Positions 1 to 7,820 of a stretch of 12,495 nt of DNA are shown piece after piece (position 1 is the first letter of the stretch; every line of letters starts with the position of its first letter). Made by a program: the position numbers and the translations under genes. The DNA lies in NCBI GenBank assembly GCA_046542505.1, contig JBKHBH010000059.1:1-12495 (forward strand). Direction: 5' to 3'. The notes under the pieces are model-generated. The model had not been told where the DNA came from. It made no database searches and was given only the letters and a program-made list of their open reading frames with translations. The DNA is from Thermovirgaceae bacterium. GTDB taxonomy: Bacteria; Synergistota; Synergistia; Synergistales; Thermovirgaceae.

Positions 1-104
1 TCCAGGCGGTTCTTGAGCATGCTTTCCACCCTAACGGGTGCCCCACTTCCGATATCCATTCCCTGGATGCTCACGGTTTTCTTGTTTCGCCCCTCCTGCT
101 CCAT
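1..104 (-). CDS. ispG: (E)-4-hydroxy-3-methylbut-2-enyl-diphosphate synthase, 5' part only (runs off the window)
   Basis: Not in the ORF track. Manual translation from ATG at 104 gives MEQEGRNKKTVSIQGMDIGSGAPVRVESMLKNRL, matching the IspG N-terminal pattern (VxIGxxxIGGxxPIxVQSM). It starts 9 nt after the rseP stop, the usual dxr-rseP-ispG order. Confidence 0.88.
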   Translation of the reverse strand, partial: MEQEGRNKKTVSIQGMDIGSGAPVRVESMLKNRL

Positions 105-113
105 GTTTTCCCC

Positions 114-1160
114 CTACCTGTCTCCCAAAGGAATCATGCGGATGATATCCTTCCAGGTTACAGCCAGAAGAAGGGCGATCAGAAGGGCGAAACCGATAAG
201 GTGGATGTATTGTTCCCATTTTTCCGGAAGACGTCTTCTGAAAATGATCTCGAAGACCACCAGAATGAGACGCCCTCCATCAAGAGCGGGGAAGGGGAGG
301 AGATTGAGAATCCCCAGATGTAGATTGATCATTGCAAGGAAGGACACAAATGTCCAGAAACCGCTTTTCGCCGCCTCACCGGCCATCGCTGCAATCCCCA
401 CAGGACCGGTTATCTGGACGTCGGCTTTCCCGGCAATCCATGTATAGATGCCCTGGATGATTTGAAGGCTGAAGTTCCAAATATAACTCACGGAATTCAA
501 GACTGCACCAAGAGGCCCATAGGTAACGCGCGCAGGCTGTATGCCGAAAAGAGGATATCCCAGCTCGGGGTCCACGGGAATCACGGTTGTAATGTCGAAG
601 ACGCCTTCCCCTCTTTTGATCCGCAAGGTCACGGGTTCTTCCCGGGTTTTTCCGCGTATCTCTCTGGACATCTCGGCCCAGGTTTCGACCTCGGCACCAT
701 CGACGGCGACAATTTCGTCCCCCTCTTTTATGCCCGCCTCTTCGGCGGGATATCCGGCCAGGATACCTCCGATCTTCGTGCTATCCATGTCAATGACGCC
801 ATGTCCCGCAAGCAGAATCGCCGTCAGAAGCAGCGCAAGCAGGATATTTGCCAAAGACCCTGCGACCAGGACCGCAAACCGCCTCCACGGACCTTTCTCA
901 AGAAAGGACGCACCAGGGAGGACCTTTTCTCCTTCTTTTTCTTCTCCCATTCCGGCGAGCCTGACAAAGCCTCCCACGGGAATCGCCCTTACGGACCACA
1001 GCATCCCGTTTTTCTTTCGTTGCCAAAGGACCGGCCCCATCCCGAAAGCGAATTCGTGGACCTGTATGCCGTTTGCAAGAGCCGTGAGATAGTGCCCCGA
1101 TTCGTGTATGATTACGCAAATTGCGATGACAACAATGAATGCCAGTAAACTCGTCAGCAT
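114..1160 (-). CDS. rseP: RIP metalloprotease RseP (M50 family, one PDZ domain)
   Basis: HESGH zinc motif, EFAFGMGP, RAIPVGGFVRLAG, PDZ-like segment (PAEEAGIKEGDEIVAVDG), NLLPFPALDGG. Start moved from 1244 to ATG 1160 (MLTSLLAF) to avoid overlap with dxr. Confidence 0.96.
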   Translation of the reverse strand: MLTSLLAFIVVIAICVIIHESGHYLTALANGIQVHEFAFGMGPVLWQRKKNGMLWSVRAIPVGGFVRLAGMGEEKEGEKVLPGASFLEKGPWRRFAVLVAGSLANILLALLLTAILLAGHGVIDMDSTKIGGILAGYPAEEAGIKEGDEIVAVDGAEVETWAEMSREIRGKTREEPVTLRIKRGEGVFDITTVIPVDPELGYPLFGIQPARVTYGPLGAVLNSVSYIWNFSLQIIQGIYTWIAGKADVQITGPVGIAAMAGEAAKSGFWTFVSFLAMINLHLGILNLLPFPALDGGRLILVVFEIIFRRRLPEKWEQYIHLIGFALLIALLLAVTWKDIIRMIPLGDR

Positions 1161-1179
1161 CGATCTGTTCCGCCCTTCT

Positions 1180-2373
1180 TCATTCCAGACTTTTCCTCTT
1201 TTCGTTCTTTTTCTCCCGAACGACCCTTCTGCCCTCGTCAACAAGGGCCACAGATTCCTCCCAGCTTTGGGGATCGGAATCCGCGTACTCCGCGAGGGCG
1301 GCTTCCACCAGCACCGGGATGTCCCCGTAGGTGATCTTCCCCTGCAGGAAGAGGTTCACCGCCTCTTCGTCAGCACCGACAAGGAAAGCCGGGTATCCCT
1401 TTTTCTTCTTAAAGGCCTCTCTGGCAAGGCGGTAACAGGGGAAGTGTTCCATATCAATATCCCTGAAACTCAGATCCCCGGCTTTGGGCAGCGACACATC
1501 CCCACAGGTTGCAAAGGGGCATGGCAATGTATCAGGATACGCGAGGGCGGAGAGAATCGGAATCCGCATATCCGGAGCAAAGGCGGCCATCCGCCGAGTC
1601 CCATCCTGGAAATCAACCATGCCGTGAACGCGTGATTCAGGATGTATAACAGCAGTAATTCTGTCGGGATCGCATTGGAAGAGGAATCCCGCTTCGATGA
1701 TTTCAAAACCCTTGTTCATCATTGTCGCGCTGTCCACGGTGATTTTCTCTCCCATGGACCACACTGGATGTTTGAGAACGTCATCGATGGTGACCTCCCG
1801 AAGTTTTTCAGGAGGCCAGTCCAGGAAAGGGCCACCTGATGCCGTCAAAATGATCCGTTTTGCTTCATCGCAATTGCAGGTCTTGCCCAGGCACTGCCAG
1901 ATTGCATTATGCTCACTGTCCAACGGCAAAAGCTGATTTTCGTATTGAATCGCGCCGATAATCCACTTTCCCGCTGCGATGAGGCTTTCCTTATTTGCAA
2001 GGTATACCCGTTTTCCGGCATGCAGAGCCTCCAGAACGGCACTAACGGCTGCGATACCCGACGAGGCGACGATGACGGAATCAACGTTTCGGTCCGTAAC
2101 CATCTGCTCAAGAGCACCACCTCCACAGAGCCAGCGTGTTCCCTCAAGGGCCCTGCTTTCATAATCACCGGGATGATCTTCACCTGCCATGACAAGAAGC
2201 CTGCAACCTGTTCCTTTCTGCAGTTCCAGAAGGCCTTCTCCGTTTTTATGGGCCGCCATTGAATGAAGGACAAACCGCCCGGTAAAAGCCTTGCATACCT
2301 GCACAACAGATCTGCCTACGCTTCCGGTGGCTCCTATGAGGGCGATCCTCCTTGCCGTCTCTTTACCCTTCAT
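1180..2373 (-). CDS. dxr: 1-deoxy-D-xylulose 5-phosphate reductoisomerase
   Basis: GATGSVG NADPH motif, LANKESL, PLDSEHNAIWQ, TASGGPF, HPVWSMGEKITVDSATMMNKGFEIIEA. ATG at 2373 overlaps the cdsA stop as ATGA. Confidence 0.97.
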   Translation of the reverse strand: MKGKETARRIALIGATGSVGRSVVQVCKAFTGRFVLHSMAAHKNGEGLLELQKGTGCRLLVMAGEDHPGDYESRALEGTRWLCGGGALEQMVTDRNVDSVIVASSGIAAVSAVLEALHAGKRVYLANKESLIAAGKWIIGAIQYENQLLPLDSEHNAIWQCLGKTCNCDEAKRIILTASGGPFLDWPPEKLREVTIDDVLKHPVWSMGEKITVDSATMMNKGFEIIEAGFLFQCDPDRITAVIHPESRVHGMVDFQDGTRRMAAFAPDMRIPILSALAYPDTLPCPFATCGDVSLPKAGDLSFRDIDMEHFPCYRLAREAFKKKKGYPAFLVGADEEAVNLFLQGKITYGDIPVLVEAALAEYADSDPQSWEESVALVDEGRRVVREKKNEKRKSLE

Positions 2374-3191
2374 CGCCACAAGACCCCGAAGAAAAGGTAC
2401 ACCAGCGAGGCATTGACCAGAATGCTGTCGAAGCGGTCAAGCATTCCTCCATGTCCCGGGATTATCGAACCTGAATCCTTTTTACCGGTTTCACGTTTGA
2501 GAAGGGATTCAGCCAGGTCCCCCAGCTGCCCGAAAGTCCCGCAGAACAAACCTATCAAAAGGAGCGGAACGGGCCGGATTTCCCAAAGGTAGGACAAGGC
2601 GCCCGCACACAGAAGGCTCCCGGCAAGTCCACCCACGAAACCCTCTATCGATTTCTTCGGGCTTACAGCCGGAGCCAACGGAGTATTTCCCCAGCAAGAC
2701 CCTACGATATAGGCAAGAACATCACAGGCCCAGGTACAGACAAACACCGTAACGAGAAGAAAAATCCCCCAGGGATGTCTCCTCAGGAGGATGAGAAAAC
2801 TCCAGGGCAACACGCAATAAAAAATTCCGGCAAGAGTGCCACTGATATTCTGAATGCCAAAACTGTGACCGGACATGCTCCGTCGTACGATTTCCACGAA
2901 AAGAACGAGAAAACCGCAAAAAGAAACCACCGGCAGGACTGCTCCGAGCTCATCGAAAAAGGCAGCTGCAAGAACAAGCACGGCGACGACATACCCGATG
3001 CCTTTGGAAACGTGCAGGGATCCTGAAAGCATTCTGTAAAACTCCTCCAGCGACACCAGTGCAATGAGGGAACTTATCAAGAACCAGGCCGGATCACCGA
3101 TGTAAACGCCCCCGAGAATGGCGAGGACGACAGATATTCCGCTGCCTGTCCGGACTAATGCTTCACGATTCAGAATTTTCGACAGATCCAT
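2370..3191 (-). CDS. cdsA: phosphatidate cytidylyltransferase
   Basis: Multi-TM protein with WACDVLAY, SPKKSIEG, GDLAESLLKR, KDSGSIIPGHGGMLDRFDS. Probable start ATG 3191 (MDLSK), 29-nt overlap with uppS; start is less certain than identity. Confidence 0.95.
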   Translation of the reverse strand: MDLSKILNREALVRTGSGISVVLAILGGVYIGDPAWFLISSLIALVSLEEFYRMLSGSLHVSKGIGYVVAVLVLAAAFFDELGAVLPVVSFCGFLVLFVEIVRRSMSGHSFGIQNISGTLAGIFYCVLPWSFLILLRRHPWGIFLLVTVFVCTWACDVLAYIVGSCWGNTPLAPAVSPKKSIEGFVGGLAGSLLCAGALSYLWEIRPVPLLLIGLFCGTFGQLGDLAESLLKRETGKKDSGSIIPGHGGMLDRFDSILVNASLVYLFFGVLWR

Positions 3192-3882
3192 ATCTTCTCG
3201 TCCTTTTCGTATATGCTTTGATAGCTTTCTCGAAATCTTTTTCACTGAAATCCGGCCACAGAATGTCCGTGAAATAGAGCTCAGCATAGCTCGACTGCCA
3301 CAAAAGGAAATTGCTAAGCCTCATTTCACCGCTTGTTCTCACAACCAGATCAGGATCGGGGACATCCGCAAGATACAAATACGACCTGAAAGACTTTTCA
3401 TCGAGTCCGGAGGTCCCTTCTCGAAGGGCTTTTTCGAAAGCGTCCAGGATCTCTTGACGCCCCCCGTAATTCATGCAGACAATCACATGCATGCGATCCG
3501 ATGTTTCAGTCGTTCTTTCCGCTCTTTCAACCAGTTTCTGGAAATCTTCGGGGAATTCACCGATTCTCCCCGAGAATCTCAACCGGACTCCCTGCTTGGC
3601 GAGTTCCTCAGATTTGTCCGCAATTTGCTGCCGGAAAAGCTTCATCAGGCCTTCGATCTCTTCGACCGGTCTTTTCCAGTTTTCCGTCGAAAAGGCATAA
3701 AAGGACAGGTACCGGATCCCCTTCTCCAGGCCGAACCTCACAACTCTCTCAATGGCCTTCACGCCTTCGCGGTGACCGAAAACCCGCGGCAAGCCAAGTT
3801 TTTTTGCCCACCGGCCATTGCCATCCATAATAAATGCCACATGACTGGGCACGTTTCTTTCCGTTCTTTCCCGGTCACTCAT
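3163..3882 (-). CDS. uppS: undecaprenyl diphosphate synthase (cis-prenyltransferase)
   Basis: HVAFIMDGNGRWA, YAFSTENWKRP, NYGGRQEI, DPDLVVRTSGEMRLSNFLLWQSSYAE, RRYG. Confidence 0.97.
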   Translation of the reverse strand: MSDRERTERNVPSHVAFIMDGNGRWAKKLGLPRVFGHREGVKAIERVVRFGLEKGIRYLSFYAFSTENWKRPVEEIEGLMKLFRQQIADKSEELAKQGVRLRFSGRIGEFPEDFQKLVERAERTTETSDRMHVIVCMNYGGRQEILDAFEKALREGTSGLDEKSFRSYLYLADVPDPDLVVRTSGEMRLSNFLLWQSSYAELYFTDILWPDFSEKDFEKAIKAYTKRTRRYGSVENSES

Positions 3883-4519
3883 GAGGGCTTCTCCCCAGTG
3901 ATTCCCAACATCTCTTGACTTCCTGGATATCCAGCCACGTTTGGTGTTTCGGGCTTCCGGCCTTGTTTGAGGCGTTTCGGAGAAGGTAACTTGGGTGAAA
4001 CATGGGCATGACCGAAATATCCCGCCAGGCGAACCACCGCCCCCTGATTTTCGTTATCCCCTCCGTCGTCCTGAGTATCCATTTTGTCGGCGTGCTTCCA
4101 AGACACACTATGATCTTCGGTTTTATGAGGGCGATTTGTGCCTGAAGATATTCGTCACATACGGTCATCTCTTCCACAGTGGGTGCCCTGTTTCCCGGAG
4201 GTCTGCATTTCACAACATTGGTAATGAAAATTTCCTCTCTTGAAATATCCACTGACTCAAGGATTTTCGACAGGAGTTTTCCAGCCCTGCCGACAAAAGG
4301 CACGCCCTGCTCATCCTCATCCGCCCCAGGCCCCTCGCCGATAAACATGACATCTGCATCGGGAGATCCTTCTCCGAAGACAACGTTTTTCCTCCCCTCG
4401 ACAAGGGGACACTTCCGGCAGTTCGTCACAAGTTCCTGCAGACGTTGCCATGCCTCTCGCCGTTTTTTCTCAAGACTCATGGCTTCGTACCCGTCAGGGT
4501 TTGTTTCCTGTATATTCAC
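3875..4519 (-). CDS. uracil-DNA glycosylase family 4 (4Fe-4S type)
   Basis: CxxC (CRKC), [25 protein letters not shown], a fourth Cys (TVCD), [12 protein letters not shown] start overlaps the upstream stop (GTGA), preceded by GAGGTG. Confidence 0.95.
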   Translation of the reverse strand: MNIQETNPDGYEAMSLEKKRREAWQRLQELVTNCRKCPLVEGRKNVVFGEGSPDADVMFIGEGPGADEDEQGVPFVGRAGKLLSKILESVDISREEIFITNVVKCRPPGNRAPTVEEMTVCDEYLQAQIALIKPKIIVCLGSTPTKWILRTTEGITKIRGRWFAWRDISVMPMFHPSYLLRNASNKAGSPKHQTWLDIQEVKRCWESLGRSPHE

Positions 4520-5367
4520 GGCATTTCCACCTCTTGTACGTGCACATCGATTCGCCTCACATCAAGACCTGTGAAATAGGAAACGGCCTTGAAAACCCTC
4601 TCTCGCAACATTTTCCCCGTTTCAAAAAGGTCCCGTTCTCCAAATACCGCCCTCACCGAGATGGATATGGCAATCCCATCCTCTGAGGGTCTGACCTCGA
4701 AATCAAAGACCTTTGTAATTCCCCGCGAGCGAAGAGCGATGAAACGCCCCATCTGCTCGACCACCATGGGATCGATATGCAGATCCCCGTAAAACTTGAA
4801 GGGTGGTCTGACGATCGTCTTCTCTCCTTCATGAGATCCCCTGTCGCTCCAAAGGACCCGTAGTCTTCCTACGAGCTTGCCGGCAAAATTTCTGCGGACC
4901 TGGACATGAGAAACGGGGATTACGTGCTGGCCCTTGAGGCTCCTCTCTTTCTGTGCATTCAGTATTTCTTCCGGTGACGCCACTTCTTCGATACGTATCA
5001 TTTTCTCGGGAACAGTCAGGCCAAGATTCGTGACGATATGGGAAATCATTTCATCCGATGTAGCGATAATCATGACGGAACAAGGCCGCACCTTGTCAAG
5101 ATAGGATCGGACGGCCTGTCTGTGATCATCAAACTGGAAAAGGGCTCGTCGAATCGCTCTAACCTGATTTTTCTCCGCCTTGGCACTTCTCCCGCTTACT
5201 ATCTGCCCCCTGCGGATAACGAGACCGTCATCAATGATGTAGTCAATACCCAGGTTAAGCGCTACAAGCTGGGCTCTCTGGCTTTTCCCCGTGCCTGCTG
5301 GGCCGACAAAAGCCGTTACGTTAACGCCGGCCAGTTTCGGCTCAGGGGGTGAAAAATCAGTTTTCAA
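4516..5367 (-). CDS. uncharacterised protein: N-terminal P-loop NTPase/kinase-like domain plus probable C-terminal Asp23/Gls24-like domain
   Basis: Walker A GPAGTGKS (5281-5304) after a hydrophobic strand, then YIIDDG. C-terminus [10 protein letters not shown]...[26 protein letters not shown] resembles the Asp23/DUF322 pattern. TTG start overlaps the upstream stop by 11 nt. Confidence 0.75.
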   Translation of the reverse strand: MKTDFSPPEPKLAGVNVTAFVGPAGTGKSQRAQLVALNLGIDYIIDDGLVIRRGQIVSGRSAKAEKNQVRAIRRALFQFDDHRQAVRSYLDKVRPCSVMIIATSDEMISHIVTNLGLTVPEKMIRIEEVASPEEILNAQKERSLKGQHVIPVSHVQVRRNFAGKLVGRLRVLWSDRGSHEGEKTIVRPPFKFYGDLHIDPMVVEQMGRFIALRSRGITKVFDFEVRPSEDGIAISISVRAVFGERDLFETGKMLRERVFKAVSYFTGLDVRRIDVHVQEVEMP

Positions 5368-6466
5368 CCGTATTCAACACCTTCTCCAGTGACTCGATGA
5401 ACGTATCGTTCTCTTCAGGTGTTCCCACGGTAACCCGCAGGAATCCGGAAAGCCCTAGATCGCTTCCTTTTCTGACGATTACTCCCTCACGCAGCAGGAG
5501 ATCGTAGATTCTTTCGGCAGCCGGGTGCCTGACAAGCACGAAGTTTGCACATGTGTTTTCCACGTGCGCACCTATCTTGAGAAGCTCCTTCAGCAGCCTG
5601 TTCCTTTCCTCAATCGTCTTGAGACGAATCGATCTGATGTATTCACTTTCGCCCAACGCGGCAAGAGCCGCTCTCTGGGCAATCCTGTTAACTTCGAAAA
5701 CCGGATGGATCTTGTCGTAGGCTTCCGCAATGCTTTTCGGCGAAATGGCATATCCCACTCTCAAGGCCGCCAGTCCGTAAATCTTCGAAAAGGTCCGGGT
5801 GATGACCACCCGGCCTATCTGGTGAAAAAGTCTGATTCCCGAAAGGTACGCAGGATCATCGATGTATTCAGCGTAGGCTTCGTCAACCACCAGGAGAATT
5901 CCCATTCCCTCGAGTTCTGAAGCAAGTTGGATCAGTTCATTTCGGGGAAGCATCTTTCCAGTGGGGTTGTTCGGATTGCAAATGATGACGGCCTTTGTCC
6001 TCTCCGTACATGCCGCCACCAGCTCATTGACGCTCCATCCCCCGTCCGGTCCGGTCTCCACCGGAATACATTCGGCCGCTGCGGCAATGCCCGCCAGCCT
6101 ATATAGGGGATATGTAGGCACCGGGAAAACAATCTGGTCGCCCGGGTCGATAATAGTATGCAGCAGGTTATGCAGCAGCCCTTCCGTGCCGGAACCGAGA
6201 ATGACTTCCGCCGGCGAAACACCCCACTGACCGGCTATAAAGCGTCTGAGCTGGAAAGCCCCTGGATCGGGATAACGCTGTACATCCCTGAGGCTCGAAC
6301 TGATGACATTGTTGACAGATTCCGGTAAAGGCCAAGGGTTTTCATTTGAAGAAAGCCGAACAACTCGTTCCAGACCAAGCTCTCTCTGCAATTCGGCAAC
6401 GGGCTTCCCATACCGGTATTTTTCGACGTCATTCAGGCCTTTGCGAACGATCTTCTTCAACCACAC
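5357..6466 (-). CDS. hisC: HisC-like PLP-dependent aminotransferase (histidinol-phosphate/aromatic aminotransferase family)
   Basis: LSSNENP, CNPNNPTG, VVDEAYAEY, PLP lysine motif RTFSKIYGLAALRVGY, LRVTVGTPEEN. Strong SD GGAGGTGA. Family is secure, substrate is not. Confidence 0.8.
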   Translation of the reverse strand: MWLKKIVRKGLNDVEKYRYGKPVAELQRELGLERVVRLSSNENPWPLPESVNNVISSSLRDVQRYPDPGAFQLRRFIAGQWGVSPAEVILGSGTEGLLHNLLHTIIDPGDQIVFPVPTYPLYRLAGIAAAAECIPVETGPDGGWSVNELVAACTERTKAVIICNPNNPTGKMLPRNELIQLASELEGMGILLVVDEAYAEYIDDPAYLSGIRLFHQIGRVVITRTFSKIYGLAALRVGYAISPKSIAEAYDKIHPVFEVNRIAQRAALAALGESEYIRSIRLKTIEERNRLLKELLKIGAHVENTCANFVLVRHPAAERIYDLLLREGVIVRKGSDLGLSGFLRVTVGTPEENDTFIESLEKVLNTVEN

Positions 6467-6472
6467 GACCAG

Positions 6473-6480
6473 TCACCTCC
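6473..6480 (-). promoter_or_regulatory. Shine-Dalgarno site for the hisC-like gene
   Basis: GGAGGTGA 6 nt upstream of GTG at 6466. Confidence 0.85.
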
Positions 6481-6497
6481 GAAGTCCCCTTCGCTCA

Positions 6498-7781
6498 CTA
6501 CCACTTTGGCTCGCCGTTTTCATCGGAAGGGACGACCTGTACGTTCCCCCCAAGACTCCGGATCTTGTCATCGAAACCTTCATATCCGCGCCACAAGTGT
6601 CCGAGCCTGTAAACTGTTGTCTCATCCTCCGCCGCCAAGCCGGCCAAAACCAGAGCGGCGCCAGCTCTCAGATCCGTAGCGCGCACATCCGCCCCTTTCA
6701 ACTGATCCGTACCCGTGACAACGGCGGTGTTCCCCTGCAGTTCGATCTGCGCTCCCATCCTCTTCAATTCGCTCACGTGGGAAAAGCGGGATTCGAAAAC
6801 GCTTTCCTGTACGATGCTTGTACCTTTCGTCGTTGCCATGAAGGCAGTGAACTGGGGCTGGACATCCGTCGGAAATCCCGGATAGGGCAAGGTTTTCAGT
6901 GAAACGCTCTTCAGGGGGTCAGAGGCATCGACGGTAATGGTGTTCGTTCTTGTTTCGAGGCCGACACCGGTTTCCTCCAGTTTCGCAATGATGGCATCAA
7001 GGTGTTCCGGGATGACGTCCCTTATTGTGACATGTCCCCGGGTGATGGCCCCTGCCAGAAGAAAAGTGCTCGCTTCTATCCGGTCGGGGATGATATCCAC
7101 CGTAGTGCCTTCGAGTGAATCCGTACCCTGGAGGTGAATCGTGCCGGTACCAATCCCGTCTATTTTGCATCCCATCGCAGCCAGCGCCTGTGACAGATTT
7201 ATAATCTCGGGCTCCCGTGCTGCGTTCTCGATGACAGTTTCCCCCTCGGCAAAAGCCGCAGCCATCATGATGTTCTCCGTCGCCCCCACTGAAGGGAAGT
7301 CGAGGTAGATTTTTGCCCCCTTGAGTCCATCAGTCCTCGCATGAACCGCTCCATGTTCAAGCTGGATATCCGCACCGAGTTTTGACAAACCTTTCAGGTG
7401 AAGGTCTATGGGACGGCTCCCTATGGCGCAGCCTCCCGGCAGGGGCAGAACCGCACGTTTTGCCCGTGCGAGAAGCGGACCCAGGACAAGGGATGAAGCC
7501 CTCATTTTCCTGACAAGGATTTTTGGTGTATCCCATGCCAGTTCATCGGGTACCGAAACGGTCATGACATCGTCCTCGTGTTTGACTTCCGCGCCCAGAT
7601 GACGCAACAGGTCCGCCATAGTGAACACATCGTGGAGTTTCGGAACTCTCCTGATCACCATGGTCTGCCCCTTGAGCAAAAGCGCCGCAGCAAGCACCGG
7701 CAACGCAGCATTCTTGGCTCCCTGGGCCCGCACGCTACCGGAAAGAGGGGTTTTCCCCTGAATTACCATCTTGTATTGCAC
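6498..7781 (-). CDS. murA: UDP-N-acetylglucosamine 1-carboxyvinyltransferase
   Basis: GAKNAALP, KMRASSLVLGPL, LPGGCAIGSRPIDLH (active-site Cys present), SVGATEN, PYPGFPTD, DLRAGAALV. Start placed at GTG 7781 because GAGGTGA (7787-7793) reads as its SD. Confidence 0.98.
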   Translation of the reverse strand: MQYKMVIQGKTPLSGSVRAQGAKNAALPVLAAALLLKGQTMVIRRVPKLHDVFTMADLLRHLGAEVKHEDDVMTVSVPDELAWDTPKILVRKMRASSLVLGPLLARAKRAVLPLPGGCAIGSRPIDLHLKGLSKLGADIQLEHGAVHARTDGLKGAKIYLDFPSVGATENIMMAAAFAEGETVIENAAREPEIINLSQALAAMGCKIDGIGTGTIHLQGTDSLEGTTVDIIPDRIEASTFLLAGAITRGHVTIRDVIPEHLDAIIAKLEETGVGLETRTNTITVDASDPLKSVSLKTLPYPGFPTDVQPQFTAFMATTKGTSIVQESVFESRFSHVSELKRMGAQIELQGNTAVVTGTDQLKGADVRATDLRAGAALVLAGLAAEDETTVYRLGHLWRGYEGFDDKIRSLGGNVQVVPSDENGEPKW

Positions 7782-7820
7782 ACCTATCACCTCAATCGGA
7801 TCTCTGTGAAAAAAGGCCCT

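Noticed and set aside
13..1635. Plus-strand ORFs of 144-228 aa opposite rseP and dxr
   Set aside because: Antisense shadows of well-conserved genes; no motifs or credible SD.
1180..1700. Divergent Dxr C-terminus (GADEEAV, HPESRVHGMV) as a sign of pseudogenisation
   Set aside because: Frame is intact and the NADPH, metal and substrate motifs are conserved.
3118..3918. 266-aa plus-strand ORF
   Set aside because: Entirely antisense to uppS; no recognisable domain.
3875..4519. UdgX or phage-type UDG
   Set aside because: Lacks the KRRIH R-loop of UdgX; motifs are standard family 4 and there are no phage genes nearby.
6498..7781. Fosfomycin-resistant MurA
   Set aside because: The active-site Cys (GGCAIG) is present, not Asp.
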